Source of the DNA: Planctomycetia bacterium
GTDB taxonomy: Bacteria > Planctomycetota > Planctomycetia > Pirellulales > UBA1268
Direction of reading: 5' to 3'
DNA: 64,000 nt
NCBI GenBank assembly: GCA_014192425.1
Contig: BJHK01000010.1
Span: 82,089 to 146,088, forward strand
Positions 1-9,592 of this stretch are shown piece after piece. The first letter of the stretch is position 1. Each line of letters opens with the position of its first letter. Made by a program: the position numbers and the translations under genes. The notes under the pieces are model-generated. The model saw only the letters and a list, made by a program, of their open reading frames with translations, was not told the DNA's origin and searched no databases.

Positions 1-1803
1 CATGTCTACCCGCGGCACTACCGGCTCTGGGACGCCTCCAGCAAGCAGATGGCGACCCTCTCCGGCATGCTCTCGGGCATTCGCGTGGTCAAGGCGTTCG
101 CACAGGAGCCGCGGGAGAGCGACCGGTTCCACGGCGCCAGCGACCACCTGCGCCGCTGGCGCGAGTGGGTCGAGCACACCAACACCACCTACACCGCGTC
201 GATGCAGATCGTGTTCGGGCTCGGCGGACTGATCGTCTGGTATGTCGGCGGCCGGGACGTGATCGGCGGGAGCATGACGCTCGGCCAGTTGATCGCCTTT
301 CTCGCCTACCTGGCGATGTTCTACGCCCCACTCGGCGCGCTGTCGAACTTCACCACCTGGCTGACGAGCTTCCTGTCGGGGAGCAAGCGGGTGCTGGAAC
401 TCCTCGACACGCCCACGCTGATCGAGGAACCGGCGGCACCGGAGCCCTGGGACGACGTCCGCGGCGAGATCCGCTTCGAGAACGTGACCTTCGGCTACGA
501 CCGCAACCAGCCGGTGCTGCACGACGTCTCGTTCACCGTCGCCCCAGGGGAGATGATCGGGATCGTGGGGCGTTCCGGCTCGGGGAAGTCCACGCTCGTC
601 AGCCTGCTGGCCCGGTTCCACGACGTGCATGAGGGGCGGATCCTCGTCGATGGCCGGGACATCCGCGGCCTCGCCACGAGTGACCTGCGCCGGCGTCTCG
701 GCATCGTGTTCCAGGAATCGTTCCTGTTTCGCGGCACGATCTGGAAGAACCTCTCCTACGGCCGCCCCGCGGCCACGATCCGCGATGGCCTCGCGGCCGC
801 CAAGGCCGCCGGAGCCCACGACTTCCTCTGCCGTCAGCCGCTGGCCTACGAGACGCTGCTCGGAGAGCAGGGCGCCGGCCTCTCGGGAGGGGAGAAGCAG
901 CGGCTGTCGATCGCCCGGACGCTGCTCTACGATCCGCGGGTCCTCGTTCTCGACGAGGCCACGAGCAACATCGACGCCGAGGCGGAAAGGAGCATCCAGG
1001 AGGCGCTCGCCGTCCTCGTCCGCGGCCGGACCACGATCGCCATCGCCCACCGGCTCTCGACGCTGCGGAACGCCGACCGGATCCTGGCCTTCGACCGGGG
1101 CCGCCTCGTCGAGCAGGGCACCCACGCCGAACTGCTCGCCGCCGACGGCATCTATGCCCGGCTCGTGCGCATCCAGACGCAGGTCTCCAAGCAGCCGACC
1201 GTCGACACGCTGCTCGGCGAGCCGGCGGCGCCGGCCGGCGCCGCGGCCGTCCCGGCGGTGCCCACGGGCGAATCCGCCCCACAGGCCGAGGTCATCGACT
1301 GGCTCGACCCGGCGACCCGCAGGTTCACGGTCGGAGATCACGGCCGACTCGAGCTCCACGCCAGGGCCGGCGCCGGGACGCGGATCGCTGCCGGCCTCTT
1401 CGTGCTCCCCACCTTTCCCGCGTCGCATCCGCAGGGCTACCTCTCGGTCCGCGGTTGGAACGAGGCGGGAGACGAGTGCGAACTGGGGATGATCGAGGCT
1501 CTGGCCGACTGGCCGGAGGCCGACCGGGATGTGATCCGGGCCGCCGTCCGCCGTCGTGCGCTCGTGCGGTCGATCCGCCGCGTGCACGGGGCCACGCTCG
1601 CCCATGGCTACCTCGACCTCGATGTCGAGAGCGACGTCGGCCGCCGGCCCGTGACCATTCGCTGGACGCAGTCCCAGGTCGTGGACTTCGGTGCCACCGG
1701 CAAGATGCTGATCGACACCGAGGAAAACCGCTGGGTGATCCCGCGGCTGGACGACCTGCCACCCGCCGATCGGGAGCAGTTCCTGCGGTACGTGTACTGG
1801 TGA
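1..1803 (+). CDS. ABC exporter, fused permease/ATPase (5' end cut by window edge) with C-terminal DUF1854-like domain
   Basis: Frame 1 is open from base 1 (HVYPRHYRLWDASSKQMATL...), so the listed 49..1803 ORF is the tail of a longer gene. Walker A GRSGSGKST, ABC signature LSGGEKQR, Walker B VLVLDEAT. The last ~170 aa (VIDWLDP...FLRYVYW) resemble the DUF1854 domain known at C-termini of such transporters. Confidence 0.9.
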   Translation, partial: HVYPRHYRLWDASSKQMATLSGMLSGIRVVKAFAQEPRESDRFHGASDHLRRWREWVEHTNTTYTASMQIVFGLGGLIVWYVGGRDVIGGSMTLGQLIAFLAYLAMFYAPLGALSNFTTWLTSFLSGSKRVLELLDTPTLIEEPAAPEPWDDVRGEIRFENVTFGYDRNQPVLHDVSFTVAPGEMIGIVGRSGSGKSTLVSLLARFHDVHEGRILVDGRDIRGLATSDLRRRLGIVFQESFLFRGTIWKNLSYGRPAATIRDGLAAAKAAGAHDFLCRQPLAYETLLGEQGAGLSGGEKQRLSIARTLLYDPRVLVLDEATSNIDAEAERSIQEALAVLVRGRTTIAIAHRLSTLRNADRILAFDRGRLVEQGTHAELLAADGIYARLVRIQTQVSKQPTVDTLLGEPAAPAGAAAVPAVPTGESAPQAEVIDWLDPATRRFTVGDHGRLELHARAGAGTRIAAGLFVLPTFPASHPQGYLSVRGWNEAGDECELGMIEALADWPEADRDVIRAAVRRRALVRSIRRVHGATLAHGYLDLDVESDVGRRPVTIRWTQSQVVDFGATGKMLIDTEENRWVIPRLDDLPPADREQFLRYVYW

Positions 1804-2015
1804 CCCCGTTCTTGCCGCGAAATCAAGCCTGATTCTTGCGGCCGGCCGAACCGGCATCTAGAAAGAAGATTCGGGAACACCGACCCGAATCCGGGTTGGT
1901 GCAGGGCGGTCCCGCATGCTGCTCGTCAGGGACGACGGGAACATACTGCTCCGCCTCGTGCGCGGAAGCGGTTTTCGTTGTTCTGGTTTTCTATTCCCAT
2001 TTTTGGAGACGAGTG

Positions 2016-3155
2016 ATGAACCTTGTTGATCTCATTGCCGGCCAGCTGTCGTCGGGCGACGTGCTCGGGAAGCTCAGCGGCCTCATCGGTGCCAACGAGT
2101 CGCAGACCAAGTCAGCCACGGCCGCGGCGGTGCCCGCCCTGCTCGGGGTGTTCGGCAAGCTGGCCTCGACCAACAGCGGTGCCGACCAGCTCGCCAAGGC
2201 GATGGGCGGCCTCGACCTGGGGATGCTCGGCAACCTCGCCGGCGCCCTCGGGGGAAGCCAGGCCCAGGGCATCGGCAGCCTCGGCGGCAACCTGCTCGGC
2301 TCGCTGCTCGGCGGCGGCAACGGCTTGCAGAGCATCGTCGGCGCGTTGGCTTCGTTCGCCGGCATGCAGCCCGGCATCATGAAGACGCTGCTCACCTACC
2401 TGGCCCCGATCGTGCTCGGCATGGTCGCCAAGCAGTTCACCGGCAAGCCCGACGCGGCCGGCGTCGCCCGGCTGTTCTCCGAGCAGGCCGGCAACATCCG
2501 CGGCGGCCTGCCGAAGGGCTTCTCGCTGCCCGACCTGGCGTTGGGCGCCGTCTCGGGCGGCCGGCCGAGCGAGCCGGTCCGCAGCAGCCATGGCCACAGC
2601 CACGCGCCGGAGAAGTCGGGCATGCCCGGCTGGCTCCTGCCGCTGCTCGTGCTCGGGGCGCTGGGCCTCGGCTACTACCTCTGGCAGCAGAGTCAGAAGA
2701 ACAAGCCCGAGGAGCGGGCCGTGGTCGTCGAAGAGCGGGTCAAGAAGGGCCCGGTGACGGTCGACCGCAGGGAGGTTATCGACACGAACGGCAAGACGGT
2801 CACCGACACGGTGCTCGAGACGTTCTCGATCGACCCGAGGTTCCTCGAGGCGGGCAAGACCGCCGGCAGCCTGTTCACGGGCCTCGCCAAGACGCTCGGC
2901 GGAGTCAAGGACGCGGACTCGGCGAAGGCCGCGATCCCGGAACTGGAGAAGTTCGGCCCGCTGCTCAGGACGCTCGAGGACGAAGCGGGCAAGTTGCCCG
3001 CCGACGAGAAGCCCGCGTTCGCCAAGGTGATCGGGGACAAGCTCGGCCTGCTCGGCAAGATCGTCGAGACGGTGATGGCGCTGCCGGGGGTCAGGGACCT
3101 GCTCGGCCCGATCGTCACGCCGATGGTCGAGACGCTCACCAAGATGAGCAAGTAG
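2016..3155 (+). CDS. DUF937-like protein with central transmembrane segment
   Basis: Internal ATG at 2016 preceded by GGAG. N-terminus MNLVDLIAGQLSSGDVLGKLSGLIG...AAAVPALLGVFGKLA with Gly/Leu-rich repeats is typical of DUF937. Hydrophobic segment GWLLPLLVLGALGLGYYLW. High GC3. Confidence 0.7.
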   Translation: MNLVDLIAGQLSSGDVLGKLSGLIGANESQTKSATAAAVPALLGVFGKLASTNSGADQLAKAMGGLDLGMLGNLAGALGGSQAQGIGSLGGNLLGSLLGGGNGLQSIVGALASFAGMQPGIMKTLLTYLAPIVLGMVAKQFTGKPDAAGVARLFSEQAGNIRGGLPKGFSLPDLALGAVSGGRPSEPVRSSHGHSHAPEKSGMPGWLLPLLVLGALGLGYYLWQQSQKNKPEERAVVVEERVKKGPVTVDRREVIDTNGKTVTDTVLETFSIDPRFLEAGKTAGSLFTGLAKTLGGVKDADSAKAAIPELEKFGPLLRTLEDEAGKLPADEKPAFAKVIGDKLGLLGKIVETVMALPGVRDLLGPIVTPMVETLTKMSK

Positions 3156-3194
3156 GCGGCTGACCGGGCTTGCGGCCCGGCACAAGCGATTGTT

Positions 3195-3238
3195 CACCGG
3201 CCCGGGGCGGCACCACCGTCCCGGGCCGGTGCTTTTTG
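3195..3238 (+). terminator. Rho-independent terminator downstream of the DUF937-like gene
   Basis: Perfect 12-bp stem caccggcccggg (3195-3206) / cccgggccggtg (3220-3231), followed by a TTTTT run at 3233-3237. Confidence 0.6.
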
Positions 3239-3382
3239 TGGCGGAGCGACCGCCGCTTTTTGGCCGGCACACTTCCCGCGGCCTGTCGGCATGCCGGACG
3301 GCTGTCCGGTCCGCCAACTGCCCGGCACGTCGAGGGCCGTTTGCTATTCTTGACGTTCCCCGTCCCGGCAGGCACGAGTGCG

Positions 3383-4327
3383 ATGCAGACACCGCTCGAA
3401 TTCCTCGCCGACTTCCGCTCCATGCTGCGGGCGGCCGGCATTCCGTTCGCCATCACCAGCGGCATGGCATGCATCCGCTACGGACTCCAGCAGACGACGA
3501 AGGACTCCGACTGGATCGTGCCGGTCGCGGAGCTGCCGCGGCTCCGCGGCCTGCTCGAGCAGTGCGAACGGCGTCTCCCGGCATGGGTCGTGCAGTACCG
3601 GCCGATTTTCGGCGCTCCTTTCGAGCCCGCCTGGATGGCGGGTGGATGGTCGACCCATATTTTCATCCGCACGACGGGGGGCGGACCCGATCATCATCTC
3701 GACTTCTTTTGCCGTCCGCCGCGGGCGCCGGCCTGGCGTTGCGATCAGGAGGAGCCCGATTTCGCCGATCGCGACACCGTCACCAGGATGAAGAAGACCG
3801 ATCGAGACAAGGACTGGCCGGTCGTCGGGGGGCTGGCGGCGCAGGCATTCGCCCGGGGCGAGTCGCCCGCGGTGCTGCATCTCCGCGACGTCTCGGTGCT
3901 GCGCCGTGCCTGGGCCATGACGCCGGTGGAGGAACGGGACGCGGCGGTCGCCGTGCGGCCGCTGCTCGGGACGCTGGCAGACGGTTGCGAGGATCTGCGG
4001 CTCGAATTTTTTCTGCGGGCGGAGCGCATCGTTTGGGAGGCCGTGAACCGGCGTCGTCACGCGGTCTATCAGGACGCCTGGAAGGCCTGGTATCGACGCT
4101 GGCAAGCGGCCGCGGACTGGCCCTGGCCGGTGTCGGAACCGTTCGCCGCGCAGCACGCACGGATCGTGACGGCGGCCGGTGAATACGCCCTGCCGCCGGA
4201 GCCGCTGGCGGGTGGTGTTCGTGAAGAGGTGTATGCGGCCGGCGTGGCCGACGCTGCGATCCTTGCGAACATGGAACCGGAACGGCTGGCGACCATCGTG
4301 CCGCCGATCGCGGAGGTGCTGCCGTGA
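3383..4327 (+). CDS. Hypothetical protein with N-terminal minimal-nucleotidyltransferase-like motif
   Basis: Start moved to ATG 3383 (MQTPLEF...); the upstream ORF extension is Arg/Pro-rich noise. Motif ITSGMACIRYGLQQTTKDSDWIV fits the G-[SG]...D-x-D pattern of the NTase fold, and a later KKTDRDKDW resembles the second conserved block of MNT/DUF2204-type proteins. The rest is unrecognised. Confidence 0.6.
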   Translation: MQTPLEFLADFRSMLRAAGIPFAITSGMACIRYGLQQTTKDSDWIVPVAELPRLRGLLEQCERRLPAWVVQYRPIFGAPFEPAWMAGGWSTHIFIRTTGGGPDHHLDFFCRPPRAPAWRCDQEEPDFADRDTVTRMKKTDRDKDWPVVGGLAAQAFARGESPAVLHLRDVSVLRRAWAMTPVEERDAAVAVRPLLGTLADGCEDLRLEFFLRAERIVWEAVNRRRHAVYQDAWKAWYRRWQAAADWPWPVSEPFAAQHARIVTAAGEYALPPEPLAGGVREEVYAAGVADAAILANMEPERLATIVPPIAEVLP

Positions 4328-4545
4328 ACCAGTCGAATGACGCGCGGGATACCCGGCCTGATGGCTACCCGGAGTGGTACTACGAACTGCTCGCACGCAC
4401 GATGGGCGACGCCAAGGCGGACTGGGCGCGGCTGCCACGCCGGGACCGCGAGGCGGAGTTGACGGCGCTGCATCGCAGTTTCGACACCCCCGACGACCTC
4501 TCGGTCTGGCCGGCGGAACTCGACGGCGGTGCCGATCGGGCTTGA
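4324..4545 (+). CDS. Small hypothetical protein (73 aa), translationally coupled to the upstream gene
   Basis: GTG start overlaps the upstream stop as GTGA (4324-4327). GC3 by eye is about 80%, consistent with real coding. No recognisable domain. Confidence 0.45.
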   Translation: MNQSNDARDTRPDGYPEWYYELLARTMGDAKADWARLPRRDREAELTALHRSFDTPDDLSVWPAELDGGADRA

Positions 4546-4705
4546 AATGAACACGTTCGTGGCAGGCTCCCGGGAGTTCTGGCAGGCAGAAGGTTTTCGC
4601 GGCCGCTGTGCAGTCGCGCTTCAAGTGCCGTGTGCCGCGACTTGCAATTCTCCGTGAGCACTGGTCGGATCGGCAGCCAGGATCGCGGCGACGGCACACG
4701 GCCCC

Positions 4706-7237
4706 TCAGAGCACGGCCAGCGGGTTGCGTCGCTCCTCGAGCGTGCCGCGGGTGACGCCGACCCGGTTCGTGGCCTTGAGCGCCGTCCACACCGCGCGGC
4801 CGGTCGTCCGCCCCGCGAGCAGATCGCGGTAGGCGCCGATCACGCGGCCGACCTCCGCGACCGGCTCGTCGAGGAGTTCGATGCGGTACTGGCCGACGCC
4901 GCGTGCCAGCAGCATGGGCACCACCTCGGCCGCGCTCTGCGGCACGGCGTTGAAGAGCGTGTTGCGGCAGCCGACATCGGCAGTGAGCGGATGCTCCATG
5001 CCGATCCGGTCGCGAAGCTGGACGACGTGCCGGTCGCAGGGGCGGCCGCAGTTCGTCTTGTCGGTGCCCGGCGAGAGGACCGCGCAGAACACGCAGTGCT
5101 CCATGTGGAACAGCGGCATCCGCTGGTGGATCACCACCTCCAGCCAGGCCGGCGGCGTCGCCGCCACGAGGCCGAGCAATTGCTCCCGGTTCAGGTCGTA
5201 GGAGGCCGTCACCCGGCCGCAGCCGGCGGCGCGGAAGAAGTCGGCCGTGAACTCGTTGGTGACGTTGAGCGAGAAATCGCCCACCAGCGGCAGGCCTGCC
5301 GCCTGGAAGAATCGCAGGCCCGCATGGTTGCGGACGAGGATCCCGTCTGGCTCCTGCCGGGCGAGGAGCTTGAAGATGCCGAGCTCGTCCGGCTTCTGGA
5401 TCCGGGGCGTGGCGAGGTGGATCGTCGCGCCGGCCGCGCGGCACTCCGCCACGGCGTCACGGTACTGGCGGATGTCGGCGAAGTCGGCGTACAGGCTCCG
5501 GGCCCCGGCGGCGATCGCGCCGTGGAGGTGGTCGAGGGAGCGGACGAGGACGTGCAGCACCGGCCCGCCGGCAGCGGCGCTGGCCGGCGGGGGCATGAGG
5601 AACGGCGGGTACGGCCGCGGTGCATCCGGCGGTGCCAGCCGTGCATTCACGCCATGCCTCTCCGCCACGGCCCGCTCGAGCGTCGCCACGAGCTCGTGCC
5701 GCAGGCTTCCCAGGACGCTGAAGGGCACGAGCGGGCCACCGCTGATCTCCGCTGTCAGCGTGCCGAGCGTGAACGGCGTGCCGCCCAGGCGGCCGAGCTG
5801 TTCGCGCAGCGTGTCGAGCGTGAGCGGGTGCCGGGTCGCTTCCCGTGCCGGCTCCGCCGCCGTGATCGTGCAGGTGGCGCCATCGGCCGTGCGGGCCGTG
5901 ATCTGCACGGCCGCGCCGACGGCGGCCTCGACGTGGAGATCAACCGACTGGCGGCGCTGCGGTAACTCACCGTTGAACGAGCGGCGCAGCCGGGCCGTGA
6001 GTCGCGGGTCGTCGGTCTTCCAGACCGTCTGGCCCGGCCGGACCGCGGCGAAGTCGATCGCGCCGCTGGCGAACGCCAGTTCGACGCGGCCCGCCGTCAC
6101 CGCGTCGGTCACCGACCGCCCTGCAGCAAAGATCTCGTAGACGCGGCCGCCGGTCGCCTCGTCGCTCGTCGACCCGGAGGCGATCGCCACGCCGTCGCCG
6201 CGCTGCACGCCGCCGACGAGCCCGGGGGCAAGGTCGACTACGACCCGGCCCCGACCCGTGCCGACGACCGTGCCCAGTCGCACGCCGCGTTTGGCACTGC
6301 TCGTCGCGGGCACCAGCATCTTGTGGTCGCAGCCCTGCAGCCAGCCGGGAGAGAAGCCGCGCGAGAAGGAAAGCTCCATCTCCTCGACGTCGCGGGGCGT
6401 GACGGCCGCCGGCCGGCCCGCCATGGCCGCGTCGATCGCCCGGCGATAGTGTCGCGTGATGTTCGCCACGTATTCGGGCGTCTTGAGCCGACCCTCGATC
6501 TTCAGCGACGCCACGCCGGCGGCCACGAGATCGGGGACGAGGGCGTAGGCGGCGAGATCCTGCGGCGAAAGCAGGTATTTTTGTGCTCCGAGATCGACGT
6601 CCTTGCCGTCGCAGACGAGGTCGTAGGGCAGCCGGCAAGCCTGGGCGCACTGGCCGCGGTTGGCGCTCCGCCCGCCGAGCGACTCGCTCGTCAGGCACTG
6701 TCCCGAGTAGGCCACGCACAACGCGCCGTGGACGAACACCTCCAGCGGCATCGTGGTCTCGCGCCCGATCGCCACGATCTCCCCGAGCGACAGTTCGCGG
6801 GCGAGCACGACCCGCTCCATCCCCAGTTCCACGGCCAGCGCGATGCACTCGGCGCTGGTGAGCGTCATCTGCGTCGAGGCGTGGAGCGGCAGTTCCGGGC
6901 AGGCGGCACGGAGCAGCCGAGCCGCCCCCACGTCCTGCACGAGCGCCGCATCGACGCCCGCGGCGGCGCAGGCCCGGGCGACGCGGATGAACTCCGCCAG
7001 TTCGTCGCTGAACACCAGCGTGTTGAGCGTGACGTAGCCGGCGACGCCGTGGCCGTGAAGCAGGTCCATGAGCCGCGGCAGGTCGGCGGGCGAAAAATTG
7101 GCGGCCCGGGCCCGGGCGTTGAAGCCGGTGTCGATGCCGAAGTAGACGGCGTCGGCGCCATTGGCGATCGCGGCGCGCGCGCAGTCCTCGTCACCGGCCG
7201 GGGCGAGGAGTTCGGGCTTGTGCGGTGGCTCAGGCAT
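4706..7237 (-). CDS. Peptidase U32 family protein (long form)
   Basis: N-terminus ELLAPAGD...AIANGADAVYFG and the U32 signature region EVFVHGALCVAYSGQCLTSESLGGRSANRGQCAQACR. Length 843 aa, consistent with the long U32 architecture. Confidence 0.9.
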   Translation of the reverse strand: MPEPPHKPELLAPAGDEDCARAAIANGADAVYFGIDTGFNARARAANFSPADLPRLMDLLHGHGVAGYVTLNTLVFSDELAEFIRVARACAAAGVDAALVQDVGAARLLRAACPELPLHASTQMTLTSAECIALAVELGMERVVLARELSLGEIVAIGRETTMPLEVFVHGALCVAYSGQCLTSESLGGRSANRGQCAQACRLPYDLVCDGKDVDLGAQKYLLSPQDLAAYALVPDLVAAGVASLKIEGRLKTPEYVANITRHYRRAIDAAMAGRPAAVTPRDVEEMELSFSRGFSPGWLQGCDHKMLVPATSSAKRGVRLGTVVGTGRGRVVVDLAPGLVGGVQRGDGVAIASGSTSDEATGGRVYEIFAAGRSVTDAVTAGRVELAFASGAIDFAAVRPGQTVWKTDDPRLTARLRRSFNGELPQRRQSVDLHVEAAVGAAVQITARTADGATCTITAAEPAREATRHPLTLDTLREQLGRLGGTPFTLGTLTAEISGGPLVPFSVLGSLRHELVATLERAVAERHGVNARLAPPDAPRPYPPFLMPPPASAAAGGPVLHVLVRSLDHLHGAIAAGARSLYADFADIRQYRDAVAECRAAGATIHLATPRIQKPDELGIFKLLARQEPDGILVRNHAGLRFFQAAGLPLVGDFSLNVTNEFTADFFRAAGCGRVTASYDLNREQLLGLVAATPPAWLEVVIHQRMPLFHMEHCVFCAVLSPGTDKTNCGRPCDRHVVQLRDRIGMEHPLTADVGCRNTLFNAVPQSAAEVVPMLLARGVGQYRIELLDEPVAEVGRVIGAYRDLLAGRTTGRAVWTALKATNRVGVTRGTLEERRNPLAVL

Positions 7238-7280
7238 GGTGCGCTTTTACGCGGCGGGGCGGGGTTGCCCGGACCCCGAT

Positions 7281-7417
7281 CGCCGAACGTTCGCTTCGGG
7301 CATCCTGCCCTCGCTCACTCGGACCTGCCTGCGCTTCGCCATCCTGGCTCCGCTTGGCAGCTCACGCCGGCTCTCGGGGTCCGGGCAACCCCTCGTGGAT
7401 GCACCGAGGGCAGAGGG
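7281..7417. repeat. Copy A of a structured intergenic repeat family (related copy at 19141-19268)
   Basis: Shares cgcc[ag]gacgttcgc, tgcgcttcgccatcct, cacgccggctctc and gggc[ag]acccctc blocks in the same order with 19141-19268. Flanked by a 9-bp inverted repeat ctgccctcg (7305-7313) / cgagggcag (7405-7413). Confidence 0.6.
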
Positions 7418-7496
7418 CTACAAGCAGATCCGTCGAGGTGCAGTACGGAACCGACTCGGACTGATTTCTCGCGATTTGTGGGGGGGGAACCGGAAA

Positions 7497-9431
7497 TCAC
7501 TCGTCGTTGCCGCGGAGGCTGGCGAGGACCGTGTAGTCCTCCAGCGTCGTCGTGTCGCCGACCGTCTCGCGTCCGGCGGCGATGTCGCGGAGCAGCCGGC
7601 GCATGATCTTTCCGCTGCGGGTCTTGGGGAGGACCGCGGCGAAGTGGACGTCGTCGGGGGCCGCGAGGGCGCCGATCTGCTGGCGGACGTGCTTCCGCAG
7701 GGCGTCCTTGAGGGCGTCGTCGGGCGTGCCGGAGCGGAGCGTGACGAACACCGCCACCGCCTCCCCCTTGACGTCGTGCGGCCGCCCCACGGCCGCCGCC
7801 TCGGCGACCGCCGGATGACTGACCAGCGCGCTTTCGATCTCGATCGTCGATAGCCGGTGGCCGGCGACGTTGAGGACGTCGTCGATCCGCCCCATGATCC
7901 AGTAGTAGCCGTCGGCATCCTGCCGGGCGTTGTCGCCGGCGAGGTATTTTCCAGGGACTCGAGACCAGTAGGTCTCGACGAACCGCTCGTCGTCCCCCCA
8001 GATGCCGCGGAGCATCCCCGGCCAGGGCTGTTGCATGACGAGCCAGCCTCCCTCCCCCGGCTCCACCGGCGTGCCGGCGGCGTCGACGATCTGCGGGACC
8101 ACGCCCGGCAGGGGGAGCGTGCAGCTCCCCGGCTTCGTCGGCGTACAGCCCGGCAGCGGGCTCATCATGATCCCGCCCGTCTCGGTCTGCCACCACGTGT
8201 CGACGATCGGGCAGCGGCCCCCGCCGATCACCTCGTGGTACCAGATCCAGGCCTCGGGATTGATCCCCTCGCCGACGCTGCCGAGGAGCCGGAGGCTGGA
8301 CAGGTCGCGGCCCTCGATGTGCTGCAGGCCCCACTTCATGAACGAGCGGATCGCCGTCGGCGCGGTGTAGAAGATCGTCGGCCGCTCCTGCTCGATGATC
8401 TCCCAGAACCGGCCCTCGTGCGGGGCGTTGGGCGCCCCCTCGTAGATGAGGATGCTGGCGCCGGCGGCGAGCGGGCCGTAGGTGACGTAGCTATGGCCGG
8501 TGATCCAGCCGCAGTCGGCGGTGCACCAGAAGAGGTCGTCGTCTTGCAGGTCAAACACCCACTCGGCCGTGGTCTTGGCCCAGAGCAGATAGCCGGCCGT
8601 CGTGTGCTTGATGCCTTTCGGCTTTCCGGTGGAGCCGCTGGTGTAGAGGATGAACAGCGGCGCCTCGGAATCCATCGGCGTGGGGGCCTTGTCGGCGGGC
8701 ATGCCGGCGACGAGGTCATGCCACCAGACGTCGCGGCCCGGCACCATGTCCACCGGCTGCCCGGTGCGGCGGAGCACGACCACGTGCTTCACGGTCGTGG
8801 GCGGATGGCTCGTCGAGGCCAGTGCCGCGTCGACGTTCTTCTTGAGCGGCAACTGGGCCCCGCGGCGCCAGCCGCCGTCGGCGGTGATCACGGCCACGGC
8901 CCGGGCATCGTGATTGCGGTCGGCGATCGCCTCGCTGGAGAAGCCGCCGAAGATCACCGAATGCACGGCACCGATCCGGGCGCAGCCGAGCATGGCGATG
9001 ACCAGTTCCGGCGTCATCGGCATGTAGATCGAGACCACGTCGCCGGCCTTCACGCCGAGCGACTCGAGGCCGGCGGCAAACCGGCAGACTTCGGCGAGGA
9101 GTTCCGCGTAGGTGAGCGTGCGCCGCTCCCCCGTCGGTTCACCGACCCAGACGATCGCCGTCTTGTCCCCCTTGCCGGCGGCGACGTGCTGGTCGAGACA
9201 GGCGGCTGAGGCGTTCAGCTGCCCGTCGGCGAACCAGCGGGCCAAAGGCGGCTGCCAGTCGAGGACGCACGAATAAGGCTTCATCCAGGGGAGCGCCCCG
9301 GCCCGTTCGTGCCAGAAGGCCTCGGGATCGGTGGCCGCGGCGTCGTACAGGCGGCGATACTCGTCCAGCGACCCGATCCTGGACCGCTGCGCGAACGCGG
9401 CCGGAGGGGGGAAGACCCGCGCCTCCTGCAT
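7497..9431 (-). CDS. acs: Acetyl-CoA synthetase
   Basis: Full-length match by eye to Acs: DPEAFW N-terminus, AMP-binding motif [20 protein letters not shown]-terminal [11 protein letters not shown]. Start placed at ATG 9431 ([10 protein letters not shown]...) with AAGGTG upstream; ATG 9476 or 9566 are possible alternatives. Confidence 0.93.
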   Translation of the reverse strand: MQEARVFPPPAAFAQRSRIGSLDEYRRLYDAAATDPEAFWHERAGALPWMKPYSCVLDWQPPLARWFADGQLNASAACLDQHVAAGKGDKTAIVWVGEPTGERRTLTYAELLAEVCRFAAGLESLGVKAGDVVSIYMPMTPELVIAMLGCARIGAVHSVIFGGFSSEAIADRNHDARAVAVITADGGWRRGAQLPLKKNVDAALASTSHPPTTVKHVVVLRRTGQPVDMVPGRDVWWHDLVAGMPADKAPTPMDSEAPLFILYTSGSTGKPKGIKHTTAGYLLWAKTTAEWVFDLQDDDLFWCTADCGWITGHSYVTYGPLAAGASILIYEGAPNAPHEGRFWEIIEQERPTIFYTAPTAIRSFMKWGLQHIEGRDLSSLRLLGSVGEGINPEAWIWYHEVIGGGRCPIVDTWWQTETGGIMMSPLPGCTPTKPGSCTLPLPGVVPQIVDAAGTPVEPGEGGWLVMQQPWPGMLRGIWGDDERFVETYWSRVPGKYLAGDNARQDADGYYWIMGRIDDVLNVAGHRLSTIEIESALVSHPAVAEAAAVGRPHDVKGEAVAVFVTLRSGTPDDALKDALRKHVRQQIGALAAPDDVHFAAVLPKTRSGKIMRRLLRDIAAGRETVGDTTTLEDYTVLASLRGNDE

Positions 9432-9592
9432 GACGCTCGACACCTTCCCAGCCGCTCCGCTCCCCTCTGCCGCCATGCATCCGCTCCTGCACGAGACCGT
9501 GTGACTTCCTGCCGCGCCGCTCGGCGGCGCACCGTGGTTGTACTTCGCTCCCGCCCCGGCCGCCATCGCCGGCCGTGCCGTCCGCAGCCGCC

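Noticed and set aside
4546-4705. 11-bp inverted repeat gccgtgtgccg (about 4626) / cggcacacggc (about 4693) between convergent genes
   Set aside because: It could be a weak bidirectional terminator, but the arms are about 55 nt apart with no U-tract. It is too weak to call.
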